Positions 14,090 to 27,274 are shown, counted from the stretch's first letter. The stretch is DNA of 64,000 nucleotides from Potamilus streckersoni (GCA_016746295.1 JAEAOA010000822.1:822104-886103); one strand, 5' to 3'. Program-made: numbers and translations. Notes: generated by a model not told the origin, from the sequence alone.

Positions 14090-15350
14090 GTAGGTGGAAG
14101 GGTCATCAATAGGAGGAAAGGTCATCAGTATGGAAAGGGTCATCAGTAGGAGGAAAGGGTCTTCAGTAATGGAGATGGGTCATCAGTAGAGGGAAGGGTC
14201 ATCAGTAGGAGGAAGGGTCATCAGTAGGGAGAAGGGTTATCAGTAGGGGAAGGGTCATCAGTAGGTGGAAGGGTCATCAGTAGGGGAAGGGTCATCAGGA
14301 GGAAGGGTCATCAGTAGGGCAAAGGGTCATCAGTAATGGGAAAGGGTTATTAGTAGGAGGAAGGGTCATCGGTAGGAGGGTCACCAGTAGTGGGGAAGGG
14401 TCATCAGTAATGGGAAAGGGTCATCAGTAATGGGAAAGGGTCATCAGTAGGTGGAAGGGTCATCAGTAGGGGAAGGGTCATCAGTAGGAGGAAGGGTCAT
14501 CAGTAGGGGAAGGGTCATCAGTAGGAGGAAGGGTCATCAGTAGGAGGAAGGGTCATCAGTAGGAGGAAGGGTCATCAGTAGGGGAAGGGTCATCAGTAGG
14601 AGGAAGGGTCATCAGTAGGTGGAAGGGTCATCAGTAGGAGGAAGGGTCATCAGTAATGGGGAAGGGTCATCAGTAGAGGGAAGGGTCATCAGTAGGAGGA
14701 AGTGTCATCAGTAGCAGGAAGGGTCATCAATAGGGGAAGGGTCATCAGTAGGGAGAAGGGTTATCAGTAATGGGGATTGGTCATCAGTAGAGGGAAGGGT
14801 CATCAGTAGTAGGAAGTGTCATCAGTAGGAGGAAGTGTCATCAAGAGAGGAAGGGTCATCAGTAATGGGAAAAGGTCATCAGTAGGTGGAAGGGTCATCA
14901 GTAAAATAAAAGTCATCAGTAGGAGAAAGGGTCATCAGTAATGGGGATGGGTCATCAGTAGAGGGAAGGGTCATCAGTAGGAGGGAGTGTCATCAGTAGC
15001 AGGAAGGGTCATGAATAGGGAAAGGGTCATCAGTATGGGGAAGGGTCATCAGTAGGAGGAAGGGTCATCAGTAGCAGAAAGGTTCATCAATAGGGGAAGG
15101 GTCATCAGTAGGGGAAGGGTCATCAGTAGGGAGAAGGGTCATCAGTAATGGGGGAGGGTCATCAGTAGTGGGAAGAGTCAACAGTAGGAGGAAGGGTCAT
15201 CAGTAATGGGGGAGGGTCATCAGTAGGGGGAATAGTCATCAGTAGGGGGAAGGGTCATCAGTAATGGGAAAGGGTCATCAGTAGTGGGGAAGGGTCATCA
15301 GTAGTGGGGAAGGGTCATCAGTAGGAGGAAGGGTCATCAGTAAGCCTGAT
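14090..15350 (+). repeat. 19-bp satellite (gtaggaggaagggtcatca and 16-18 bp variants), ~65 units
   Basis: Read directly. The period is not a multiple of 3, so no long ORFs appear here. Confidence 0.9.
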
Positions 15351-15940
15351 TTTCCAATGGTTCTGTTGGTGGTCAAGCTAGGTTTGCAACGAAAAGAAGG
15401 CTGGGAACCACTGCTTAACAGTACTGTCATAGCACGTCGTAGGCAAACTATCTGCCAAACTTTATATCATGTTCATTTTATCTATTTTACTGTATCCTGA
15501 TCAAAATGCTTTCTAAAGATGATATAAGCTAATTTACATAATCGGAGCAAAAATCAAACTGGAAATCAGTCTCTAACAAAGCAAATCAGATAGATACAAG
15601 ATTACTACAATAATAGGTCGTTCTTACCCAGATTCAACTCATCCAAGTTGCTAGAGTGTTTGCAATCATGACTAATCAGATGCAACATCACCGATTAATG
15701 TGCATGGATCTCTCCCATTATTGAACTCATTTGAGATTATAATGACATAAGTCCATATCTGATGCTTGGTTAAAATTGAATTAGATATATGGACTAAGAG
15801 TGACAAACTGATGCTGGCTTATGCTGTAAGCTCACTTGGCCTTATGACCAGGTGAGCTAAAAGTTACCACCTATACAACATATTTCTTTTAAACATTTTT
15901 ATATTATCATCAGGAAATGAAGATTTATAGGGCCTATTAC

Positions 15941-16077
15941 CTCTTTCTGTAACTTCATAATGCATTCAACAGTACTGGCTGGAAGTCCCTTCATAGGCCT
16001 AACTGCAATGCATTCCACATTGACACCAATGCCATAACAACCTAGGTCTGTGGTGACAGCCTCTCCAAGTGTATCTC
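15941..16077 (-). CDS. Weak candidate exon (45 open codons, phase-1 acceptor): DTLGEAVTTDLGCYGIGVNVECIAVRPMKGLPASTVECIMKLQKE
   Basis: Minus-strand acceptor ctttgtaaattgcag|GAGATAC and donor AAAGAG|gtaatagg. Only one frame is open and no homology is recognised. Confidence 0.2.
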
Positions 16078-16740
16078 CTGCAATTTACAAAGACCATTAA
16101 AATGTCACCATTGACAAAAAATTACTGAACAGATGTTCACTCCTCAAAAAGAGTGGCAATGTAATTGCTCAAAGAACTCTAACATAAAACAAGAGTCCCT
16201 CAAGAGGACTGATGCTCAACTGCACAAAATAAATTTCAAGGAATTCAAGTCAAGATATTACTTCCTTTAAACTGCTGAGTGCTGAAGCCATCTCTAATAT
16301 TCTTCACTGAGAACAAGAATTTTAAAATTGGTTGATGTGCTGGACATAGTGGCACCATTTTTCATTGAGGACTAAGTCGGTATCATTTGAAGTATATTGG
16401 TGAGACCCCCACACTGACATGACTATCCATTTGGGATAATATTTGCAAGATGGCCACCATGATGGTCAGTCTGCATCATTTTCAATTTATGACCAACTAT
16501 AAACCATAAGAATTCTTTTGATAAAAACCCTGTGTCAAAATGGCTTATCATTTAAGAGTTGCACTACCAAGATGCCATATCAGATGTCAGATCAGTACCA
16601 CTGAAATTTAGGACTAACAAGGCATAAGTCTTCTGGTCAGTTGGTGAAAACCCCATGTTGACCTAAATTTTCCTTCTTCCCTTGTTGAGGACTAGAAAGA
16701 TTTTCATGATAGCTGCCCATACTGGATGTCTCTTCTCCAC

Positions 16741-16835
16741 TACTGATGACCCTTTGCCTTACTGATGACCCTTTGCCCTACTGATGACCCTTCCTCCTAC
16801 CGATGACCCTTCCCCTACTGATGACCATTCCCACT
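16741..16835 (-). repeat. Inverted partial array (5 units) of the 19-bp satellite
   Basis: cctactgatgacccttcc is the reverse complement of ggaagggtcatcagtagg. It lies 1.4 kb from the main array. Confidence 0.85.
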
Positions 16836-17667
16836 ACAGAAAAATTTTCCATTGTTTGCATGGATAAAAGCTGGATTCAGGGTCAGAACCACTAGGTATA
16901 TCATCAGCACTAAAGCCAAAAAACTCAGAATCAGTGCTTTTATTGATAATTTCTCACAATTTTTTGCTATGCACATCACTATCTAAATCAGAAATGTAGT
17001 CCATCATTTTGTGTGTGAACACATAAGTTTCCATGTTGTATTATACTTTTTATAGCATTTAAAATTCCCCTATATTTCAAATTTCACAATGAATATTTAC
17101 GGTACTCTTCAAAACATGCACCTATTTTTAAACTCATTAAATATCATCATCTTGGGTGTGCATTACTTGTCAAACATCATCATGATGCGGATATGTTGTT
17201 CATTAAGCAGGTGATAGAGACATCATAACTTGTCATTGGGTCATACAGAGTTAAAGCTTTCCCCAATTTTAGAAATAGTAACCATAGTTGATAGTTGATC
17301 AGCACCTTTCATATGAATTTGAAAGTCTTCACATTAGAATGCTTTCTATCGAGTTTCATCAGATCTATATAATGACTTTGGAGAAGAAGCCATTTAATCA
17401 GGTTTCTATTGCTGGTACCATAGACCATATTTGATGGTGGATCTGTGTTATTTGGAAAGACTTGAAAGCTCTTATCATTAACAACTGTATACATTCTTTA
17501 TACCTTCATGCCAGAATGCTCAGTGCCAAATCTGGTCAAAACTGATTTACATGTTTTTGAGACCAAGTTTAAAATAACAACTGCCAACTAAGCCCTAATA
17601 CACTTGTGTATTTTGCTCCAACAGATCTAGGTCTATACAATTTTCACATCAATCCAACTTTTATAAG

Positions 17668-17982
17668 TGTGATGTGTGATTTGGATTTTTAACGTAGCTT
17701 TAACAATTTTTCAGTTTTATCGCTATGATGTCTGCAATTTGGCAGTTTATAAGGATGTCTTGCACTGGAGCATCATGCCGCAAACATGTAGAGTCATGTC
17801 CCACCCATAATATTATCCTGACATAACCTGACATCAGGCCGATCAGTCCTAACACTAACATCATAATGCTGAGTGCCAAGCGAGGCAGCTGTTAGTACCA
17901 TTTTTGAAAGTCTTTGATATCACTTGGTCAGGGTTTTGAACCTGTGACCTCCCACATCTAAGATGGATTCTCTATCCACCAG
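17668..17982 (-). mobile_element. tRNA-derived SINE family A, full copy with ~12-bp TSD (tccaactttata)
   Basis: The reverse complement of 17880-17982 is tRNA-like (ctggtggatagagaatccatcttagatgtgggaggtcacaGGTTCAAAACCctgacc). Flanking direct repeats atccaacttttataag / gtccaactttatatgag. Confidence 0.7.
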
Positions 17983-18223
17983 TCCAACTTTATATGAGTA
18001 TATATAATATAAAATGACCATATTCTTCAAAATAGCAAAGTTGTACAGAATGATTTTAATAATTATGTTCCTATGATGTACATCAGTAATTTATTGCTTA
18101 AGGGTGGTTGACCTGAATAATACACAAGTATAATTGGTAAACTTATACATGATTATAATTATATTTTTGCATATAGTTTAGGGCATGAAGATTTGTATTT
18201 ATCTCTTATGAAATCGCACAGGT

Positions 18224-18246
18224 CTCTCTCTCTCTCTCTCTCTGAT
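18224..18246. repeat. (CT)n microsatellite
   Basis: tctctctctctctctctctctctg. Confidence 0.9.
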
Positions 18247-18720
18247 AACAATACATAACTTCAAAAAGACTTCAATATAGGAATAAAATATATAAGTTTA
18301 TTTCTGAGGCTGGCTTATAATCAACAGTGAAAAGCTGTTGTGATAATGTAGTTGATTTTATACTTAGGCTTATTTATGAGGTCAGGTTATTTTTACTTTG
18401 TGGGATACATTAAGACACTATACTGAAATGTGTGATGTGTGATTTCAGTGTACATGTATTATGTGATCACAGGATTCATAAACAGAGCTACCACATGGGG
18501 TGGGTGAAATCAGCAACTGCACTAAGTTGAATGGATGTCATTTCACAAAGTTTGTAGTATTTTGTTACGAAGCAGGATCTTTGTTTCATCCAGTGCAAGA
18601 GGATTCCATAAGTAAGAAAGCATAACACAATTTAATTATACTTTTTCAAACTGAGTTTCCTCACCTAAATTTAACAGTGAGAACAACTATGTAATTTGCT
18701 AACGAAAAGGTTATTCTTAC

Positions 18721-19101
18721 CTTCCATCGACAAACTTTCTTTCATTATACCAAGACTGCCAAGAAGAGGTTCATGTTCCATCCTAGCTAAGGATCTCGAC
18801 TGTATTCTTTGAAAGGTCCCCGTCATTTCTGCTACCTCAAATCTCTTATGAAGAGTCATTGATAGTGGTGGTGGTGGAGGTGGAGGAGCTTTCTGAATAT
18901 CTGCTATGTTGAAGGCAGAATTGGTTAAAGAAGACTCATCCAAACTTTTAATATGTTGTAGTTTTGGCAGTGGGGTTGGTAAAAATTGTTTTCGTCCTAG
19001 AAACCCTTTCAATGATCCTAAAAGGTATGGTGGTGGTGATGATGGTGGTGGTTGTGGTGGTTTTAACACTGGTGGTTGTGGTTGTGGTTCTTTAAACTTG
19101 C
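18721..19101 (-). CDS. Candidate internal exon of an uncharacterised Pro-rich protein: ..KFKEPQPQPPVLKPPQPPPSSPPPYLLGSLKGFLGRKQFLPTPLPKLQHIKSLDESSLTNSAFNIADIQKAPPPPPPPLSMTLHKRFEVAEMTGTFQRIQSRSLARMEHEPLLGSLGIMKESLSMEG
   Basis: Minus-strand acceptor tcctatttctttgcag|GCAAG (AG at plus 19102-19103, an upstream stop lies within the intron). 127 open codons. Donor ATGGAAG|gtaagaat (gt at plus 18719-18720). Phase 1 in, phase 1 out. Overlaps ORF 18671-19069. Confidence 0.55.
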
Positions 19102-19142
19102 CTGCAAAGAAATAGGACTTTGGGGACTAAATGGTGCTGGCT

Positions 19143-19172
19143 GATGAGAGAATAATAAAAAAAAATAATAAA

Positions 19173-19252
<80 letters not shown>
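19143..19252. repeat. (ATT)n/(TAA)n microsatellite
   Basis: Long aataataat run. The poly-Leu ORF 19127-19312 is an artefact. Possibly the 3' tail of the adjacent LINE fragment. Confidence 0.9.
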
Positions 19253-19253
<1 letters not shown>

Positions 19254-19439
19254 GACTTTACATAGCACCTAATCTTTAGAAGCTCTAATTGTTTTACAAC
19301 ATTTGAAAACACATAAAAAAAATATAAAACATATAATGATATGATTACAAAAATAAAAAAAATACCACAAAATTAGAAGCAGAAAAACATGCTGTAGATT
19401 TTTAAGGTAAGGATATGTTATATGGATATATTATTACGT

Positions 19440-20110
19440 CTTTATGACTGTTGCAGTTGAAATAGATGAATTTTAAGAGCACTCTTGAACAAGATCACTG
19501 TGTCTTTGTGTCTAAGTGCAGTGGGCAATTCGTTCCACGTTGCTGGGCCCTGGTATGCAAAAGAACGTTGTCCATATGATTTCAACTTCATAGTGGGAAT
19601 AATGAGAATATGAGTGTCAGAAGAGGAGCACAAGCATCTTGCAGGTGTATAAACATGAGTGAGATCAGATTTGGTATTTTGGACTCGAGCCCATCATTGA
19701 AAAGTAGCACAGAGAACATATTTTGTGTTTAATTCTGGATTGTATGGATAGCCAGTGTATGGGACAAAACAGCGGAGAGGCATGCTCTGATTGTGATATT
19801 CTAAGGATGATCCAAGCATCTGAAGTTTCTGAAGTAGATATTGAGATGAACCAGACAGAACTGAACCAGACAGAATTGAATTAAAATAGTCCAGTCTTGA
19901 AAGTACTAAGAAACACAGAAGTGTTTTTGTGGCATCAACTGACAGATACTTGCGAATGGAGCTGATGCATCTCAGCTCAAGATATGCAGCCTTGCATATG
20001 CTTATGACATGTTCATGCAATGAGAGAGTACTGTCAAGAGTGACACCAAGGTTTCATGCTGACTGCTTGAATTTAATGTTGGTGTTGGTGTTGCTGATAT
20101 TTAATGTCTG
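19440..20110 (-). mobile_element. 3'-terminal fragment of a non-LTR retrotransposon (LINE) ORF2 C-terminal domain, frameshifted
   Basis: Minus ORFs 19694-20020 (..CKAAYLELRCISSIRKYLSVDATKTLLCFLVLSRLDYFNSILSGS..LQKLQMLGSSL..) and 19442-19633 (..SYGQRSFAYQGPATWNELPTALRHKDTVILFKSALKIHLFQ). They match the widely repeated LINE tail motifs ..SRLDYCNSLL.. and ..GDRAFSVAAPxLWNSLP..FKSxLKTHLF, recalled from memory. Confidence 0.7.
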
Positions 20111-22970
20111 AGGTAAAGGATGTGAATGAGAAATGCTGGTGGATCCAATTATAAACTTTGTAATTCAAATAAATGTTCTCTGTGTTTATCAAAAAGGCAC
20201 CCAAATATTTTAATACATGTTGAAATTAAAATGAATTTATGGCTCCAAAACTTTAAATTTAATCGTTCTGTATTTTTATAAATCATGTATTTATTACATA
20301 AATGCTCTCTCTTCATAACAGTGATTTAGGGAGCTATAAAACTCTGCTAAACACAGCAAATCAAAGGTTTTGATTGACACATAATCTGACCAACTGGTCC
20401 TAGTACTGACCAGTACATATTCTGACAAACCGGTATTGGTCAAGTATCATTAAATTGTCTTCAATTTGGTTATCTATTAAAAATTGTCATATAAAACCTT
20501 AACAAAGAAAAATGCAATGGTCACCAGGTTCTACTTTACAGTTTTTTTGTCAGAAAATTAATAAAGTTGTCCCTAAGTTTAGTAATCAAAGGTGACTAGG
20601 TCCATTGTAACTTGGATGTTGTTTCTTTAGGGGCAATCAACAAGAGTGTCACTGACTAAGCTTGTTTGGTCAATGTGTTTTCCCATTTAAGTTCTCTGTA
20701 GAGAGTTCAGTTTTTATAAAATAGTTGGTTCGTAGCCTGAATTAAGATCTCAGCATTTTTCCAAGACACAAATGTAAAAACAGGGACTCAAAGAAGCCCC
20801 AAAGAAGGTCAGTTCACCCCACCCCACCCTTGCTGCTAAACTCCATTACAGATACAAAGCACAGGACAAAAGAGGTTTGAAAGCTTATCATATGGTCTTA
20901 TAAAAAGCCATATAACTCAATAACCGACCCAGAGTGTATACTGTAGCCCAGAGGTCGGCAAACTATTTTGCATAAGGGGGGACATTTTTCTGCATTAATT
21001 ACAAAATGAATGAGTGTGTGCAACCAATAAGAGTAACACTAATAACATGGAGATTATTGGCTTCCCTTCACATGCCACAAAAAATCTCTTGATGTGCCAC
21101 CTTGTGGCACATATGCCGTAGGTTACCAACCCCTGCTGTAGCTTTTATATCAGTCTCATGTACCACATTTAACTAAACTGTGTTGTGGATTGTCAGTACA
21201 TCATTCCTTTTATAATAAAATGTTAAGCTTAGACCAGAAATTGAATTTAAGAAAAATTACTAGCAGCAACAATTAAGTTGTATTATCCTCCCAAGATTTA
21301 TATGATGGCTTGACCATCTGACTTTACCACAAATATTGTCAAATTAGGTGTAAGGAACCTGCCATTTTGAGGGAAGGGGTGTAATTTTTTTGCAAGCCAA
21401 TATATTTATTTTTGTTTTACCTCAAGATAATATTATTTCAAGCTATCTGAAAGCCATCATTTTTTTGTTTTTCTGCAAATAAATTCCAGGCCCTCATGTA
21501 ATGCTAAATGGTCAGTCTCTAATATGTTTTGGGGTCTGTTGTCAGTTGTATATTAATATTTATAATATTTAACTTGTAAAAAGAATAAAATGGAAAAAAT
21601 AATGAGTATAATATATTGCCAGAAAAATAGATTTTTATAAATAATTAGTCTGACAGGAAACTAGTAATGTATGGAAAGACATTGCTAACACTAAAGCAGC
21701 AGCAAATCCAGAACCAAAAGTAAAATATTTTCTAGTACATTTAATAATGAGGTATATTAAATTTTTTTCTTTAATATTTTTTTTATATCTCAATTAAATA
21801 TTTTTACATTAAATATCAAAAATATATGGGCTAAAGAAAAATTTCTGGATACAAATGTCCAACAAGAACTACATTATAAACTTGCTGATAACCAGAACAC
21901 TTTACAAAGTATATACAACTTAAATCTTGTTACATGCATAATTTATGCTTATGGTGTGATGGAACATACATAAAGTGGGTTCCTTGTAATTCTCAGAACT
22001 CATAGAAACAGTAGCTGTTTTTTATCACACACCTAAGCCAAGAATGATTATCAGTGCTTTCAGGCACTAGTAGATACATACATATATATTATACATGTAT
22101 TAAATACTTCATTATACATAGAGGATCTAAAATGGGTAATGATTTAATACCAAATTATGAAACAAACTGCCAACTCAAACCATACATATTATGTAAGCTT
22201 TGTGTCAGCAACAGATAATTTATACTCAATGAACTCAGAAAAAAAACATTTAACTCTTATACATGTAATTGGAATTCTTTGTAATTTAATTAACTCATAT
22301 GTTGTTATTTTACCTTTTTAAAGTTTTTTCCTATCAGCTTTATAGTCTTGTTGAGAGCCTCTGTTACACAGCTATTTACTGAACAGGGCAATATCCACCA
22401 GTATCATAATACCTATTGTCAACAAATAATTTCACAAAGATTTTGAACATTCCATATCATTGTCTTTATAATTTATCTAAATTGAGACAGGTGATCTTTA
22501 AATTTATTTTCATATTTATTAACAAGTTAGTCTACCTATAAGGCTCCTGAAGCATCCAAGCAACATGGCCCTCCTACATGTATTTGCTTGGATCTAATTG
22601 ATACATTATTATCACACAGTATTCTTATTTGTCTTGTCGCAGCATGTACTTATTTACCTGTATATTTGTCATGCTGTTTTTAAATGAGCTGCAATGTAAT
22701 TTCTGACACCCAAAAATACAAGTGTATGAAAACTGCCAAAACACATTCATATGAATAAACAAGAGCTTGTATACTAATTTTAGGAAACTATTTTTAAACT
22801 TATGTAGGTCTTAAAATTCATCAAAAAAAATTTTTCTGATAAATTTCTTTTAACATTTTATCCCTTTCTTACTAAAAGGAGTATTTTCAGATCAGACCAT
22901 AAAAATACAAGAGACCAAGTAAGCTTGACATTGTTCACCTGGGTAGTTAGCATGTGTCAACATTTGAATG

Positions 22971-23162
22971 TTGATGTTGTTGTTGTAGGGTTTAAAGCTA
23001 TTTTCTCAGCAAAAGATAGACTATACCTGGTGACCAATAAATGGTGGAGGAAGAACTTGGGAAAACTCGCATAACTACACTGGCCTAATCCATGCAGACA
23101 CAGTGAGATAGCAGTGATCCATAATGGTGAGCATTTTAGAGCACTTGGCCACTCAAGGCCCC
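22971..23162 (-). mobile_element. SINE family B copy (internally shorter), perfect 13-bp TSD caacatttgaatg
   Basis: TSD at 22958-22970 and 23162-23174. The terminus ..gatccataatggtgagcattttagagcacttggccactcaaggcccc is collinear with other family B heads in reverse complement. ORF 22957-23427 is an artefact. Confidence 0.7.
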
Positions 23163-23529
23163 AACATTTGAATGCAAATTCAAGCATGTATTGAGACTGT
23201 AGTGGGTAAAGGAAAGATTGGAGTGCATAGTTGTCATGATGAATGCTAAGTTTGGTGTCATTTATCTGCTGTCCTAGACCATACAGGATAGTTTTCTCTG
23301 CATAAAAAGGACAAAAATTAGCTATTAGTCTCCCAGGATTGCTCCCTGCTCCAATGATTAGAACCTGATTTTTAATTAAGAGACAGTTCATATTCTCACC
23401 CATAGAGTACATACAATTATCAAGCATTATAAGAGAAGTTAACCCATGATTTCAGCATGAAACACTGTCTTATTTTACTTTATCACCCTGTCCCCAGGAC
23501 TCAGCCCTGAACTCATAACTTGGAAACCT

Positions 23530-24130
23530 CTGAGATCTCTACACCAGGGGGCTGCCATGGCTGAGTATGTAAGGCACTGAATTCATAACCAGAAAGTTGT
23601 GATTCAATTCTCACCATCTGACTACATATAATCAACATGGATCCACATAATTAAACTCATCTGAGATCTTGATGATACAAACCTACATAAGCTCAACCAA
23701 TCAGATGCAAGATTACCTCATTAATATTCATGGATGACATTCATAATCAAAAATCATACCAGATCTTGATGGTGTTTGGAGTACATGTATTCACAAGCTA
23801 ATTAAATCTGATACAAGAATACTTCATTAATACTGTATATGCAGATGTTACTCATAACTGAATCTGTCTGAAATAATCTTAAAGATATAAGCTTACATAA
23901 CAAATCTTGTCAAAATCTGATCACAAATATTGGCCTCAAGAGTTTTCATAAATTCAGTAAATGTGATATCATGTCATTAACTTATACAGATGTCACTCAT
24001 AATTCAAACCATACTATGTCTTGTTGATAGAAGCTATAAAACAAGCTAAGCCAATCAGATTAGAGTGTTAACAAGCTTAGCCAATCAGATTACCTTATTA
24101 GTATCCATAGATGTCACATGTAAACTAACC
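23530..24130 (+). mobile_element. tRNA-like head (gggggctgccatggctgagtatgtaaggcactgaattcataaccagaaagttgtgattcaattctcacc) followed by ~60-bp degenerate tandem modules (SINE-like family C)
   Basis: Head has tRNA-like D and T-arm motifs. The tail modules (..catctgagatcttgatgatacaaacctacataagctcaaccaatcagatgcaagattacc..) repeat about 8 times. A related tail-only block lies at 15590-15890. Confidence 0.45.
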
Positions 24131-25055
24131 AAGGCAAGATCTTTTTAATATATGCTTTGACATCAAAACTGACCAAGATCTGATCAGAAATATGATTTCT
24201 TCATTATTCACAAGCTCTGCCAATGATGTTGCTCATACCTCTCAACTTTTCAAAAGCCAAGCAGGGAGATTGAATACAAAAATAATCAGAATGGACGTAA
24301 AATTGGGAGGTTTTTTATGCTGCATTTTTTAAGCACTAGTTCCAATAAATATTGACCTGACCAATCTTACAAGTCCAATCAGCACCAGCACTTGATTAAC
24401 AAATAAACAAAATAATGCCCTATTTTTTTCTAACTAATCATTCCTATGACTTCATTTTTACAGCTCAAATCTGCAGTCACAAGTTACTGAATAACTGGAT
24501 ACAGTTTATATTCCACCTTTTTCCTTAGGGTCAAATCATAAAGAATGTATCACATTTTACGAAATAAAATATTTATCTGATTTAGTTCTTTTGGAAAACA
24601 AATAGTGTAATGTATAATTTTTAATCCTTCTTTCAATATAATCATGGTAATTAAAAGGTGATAAATATGGTACAGGAATGCCAAGTGTTTATTGGTGTAA
24701 GTTTCTTTGGTGGGAACGGAGAAGCTATTTTGCTTGTAGCATTACACAGCAATCCATGACAGTTTTATCATTGTGGTTTATTTTTTTACTATAGTGATGT
24801 TGTAGGAGTTTTAAAAATTTATGAAATTAACATGAATAATATTTAAACTTAACATTCTATTTACTGAAAAAAAACTTTGTAGTATGATATTAATTGATTT
24901 ATGACAACAATATTCACAGGTGATAAAACAGAGCATGGTTTCTGAGAATTGCATATATCTGTCTATGTGGGATTATTTTCAGTAAAATGAAATTTCAACA
25001 GACAATGTAATAATCTGGAGTTCTCTGCCAAAAATCTGAAAATATATTGAGATGC

Positions 25056-25062
<7 letters not shown>

Positions 25063-25130
<68 letters not shown>
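25063..25130. repeat. (TAA)n microsatellite
   Basis: aataataat run. ORF 24963-25157 (poly-Leu) is an artefact. Confidence 0.95.
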
Positions 25131-25337
25131 TGACTTAATTAAAAAAGAGTAACACAATTAGCTAAGAACTGATCTACATTAAGGCTCTCATAAAATGGAA
25201 TTTATTTATTTTAGCTGCATCTCTGAAGTCACTGGATATATTGGGTTTGGAAGAAGGAAATAGAGTAGACATTTCCATTCTCAACTGGAATACTATATCA
25301 GAGCCAAGTTCCAGAATATTGGAAACTTTTTAAAAAT

Positions 25338-25620
25338 GTGATGTGATTATGATTTTTAATGTAGCTTTAATAATTCTACAGTCATATCGCTACAATGTCT
25401 GCAATGTGGCAGTTTATAGTGATGTTTAGCATTGGGGCATCATGCCGAAGAAATTCAGCATGATGTTCCACCCAGTCATATTATCCTGACACCAGGCCGA
25501 CCAGTCCTAACACTAACCTCTTAATGCTGAGCGCCAAGTGAGTACCATTTTTGTAAGTCTTTGGTATGACCTCCCGCATCTAAAGCAGACACTCTAATAA
25601 CTAGGCCACCGGAGCGGTTC
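25338..25620 (-). mobile_element. SINE family A copy with TSD ~tttttaaaa
   Basis: gtgatgtgattatgatttttaatgtagctttaataa... collinear with 17668-17982. The tRNA-like end is gaaccgctccggtggcctagttattagagtgtctgctttagatgcgggag in reverse complement. Confidence 0.7.
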
Positions 25621-26099
25621 TTTTTTAAAATAACTCCTTGATTGGTCTGGGAATTTTATACTGTTTGGGAAGTTTTCTAAATCCAATTGTGACAGTTGAC
25701 ACAAAACAAAAATACATCATGAACAACACAATGTAACAGTCTCCTACACATTAATAAAAGGGCCTATTTTATTCATGGATAGGTGACATGGCTTGGAAAG
25801 GCTCTTTCAAGCAGCTGTTAAGAAAGGTCTATATAAGAGTAAAAATAAAACAGGCTAATGGCTTAACTTGAACAAGGTCTTATTGTAAGATGACATTGGA
25901 ATAGTCTGAAAGAAAGATAAATTAAGGCCTACATTTAAATAAAATCAAGGAAAGTAAAATTATATTGCAAGATGACATAAGGTATAGATTTTCTACCAAT
26001 TACAGTTTTCACTAGTGTGAAACTTTTATACATTAATTCTTCAGCAAGTTGCATGTTATATAACCAAGATATGATGTCATTAAAAAGGTGTCTTGTTCA

Positions 26100-26390
26100 G
26101 CAACCTCTATGAGAGTGTCATAGCAAATTGGAACATTACAGGATAAAGGTGGAGGCTTTTTGCTTAGAAAGGTCTATGCTAGTGCCATAGCAAATTGTAA
26201 CATTACAGAATAAAGGTGGAGGCTTTTTGCTGAGAAAGGTCTATCCTAGTGCCATAGCAAATTGTAACATTACAGGATAAAGGTGGAGGCTTTCTGCTGA
26301 AATAGTCTATTCTAGTGCCAAAGCATATGATAAAAGGTGGACACTTTTTGCTGAGAAAGGTCCATGCAAGTGTAAATTCTAACATTATTC
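26100..26390. repeat. ~60-bp tandem repeat x4 (gtgccatagcaaattgtaacattacaggataaaggtggaggctttttgctgagaaaggtctat) with a short inverted copy at 26400-26425
   Basis: Read directly. ORF 26203-26385 is an artefact. Confidence 0.8.
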
Positions 26391-27274
26391 ATCACACTGA
26401 CCTTTCACTGGCAGATAGACCTTTCTCAAAAGGGTATCAATTCTATCAAAAGTAGTACAGCCATTGAAATGTAGTAGATGGAAGGAGAGGGCAGGTTTGC
26501 TCTCACACAACCACATACATCACATGGACATGAACTTTTCTTGTTGAAATCTATCAATGTATATATCCAAAACAATATTGAGCAAATGCATTATGTATGT
26601 TGCTTATTTTAATCAAATGTCTTGATGGATGATATAGAATTGATATCCTTCTCTAATATTTATGCAGGTATATGTCTATTTTCAATTGATTTCAAAGACA
26701 TGTGCATGTACTTTTCTATGAGACTATTTCCTGTTAAACATTTCATGTACTGCACAACACACAAGGTCAGAAAACTTCAATAAAAAACAAGACCACCTTG
26801 ATGGGATGATGGGACTGATGTTCTACTTGCAAAAAAAAATAGAAATTTAAGACAAGCAAGTTTCTTTTGACCATTTATACTTTGTAAATGCAGAATATTG
26901 AAACTATTCCTGATATTCTTGAGAAATTCCAGAATATCATCAAGAAACAAACATATGGTAACAGCCTCATTATAATGTAAGAACAAATATATAATGCAAT
27001 AAAATTGGGTTTTTCTTTATTTTAAATGCCATTATAGTCATTTTGTTCCATGGATGTATCAGTAGCTATTACAAGACTTTCAAAATTCTAAGAAATCTTG
27101 ATTCACATAATCTTCAATTAGCAAAGAATCAGAAGAAGTCTTTCAGTGAAAACCCATTATCAATTCAATGCAGTGATAACACAATGTTTAAAACTGTCCA
27201 TGTGACGACCATGTTGAATGTTAGATCGGCACCATTTTGTTTAGAACTAACTACACATCTTATATGTCATTAAG

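Noticed and set aside
19127-19312. Poly-Leu, poly-Ile and poly-Asn ORFs at 19127-19312, 24963-25157, 35480-35707 and 44386-44598
   Set aside because: These are translations of (TAA)n and (GTT)n microsatellites.
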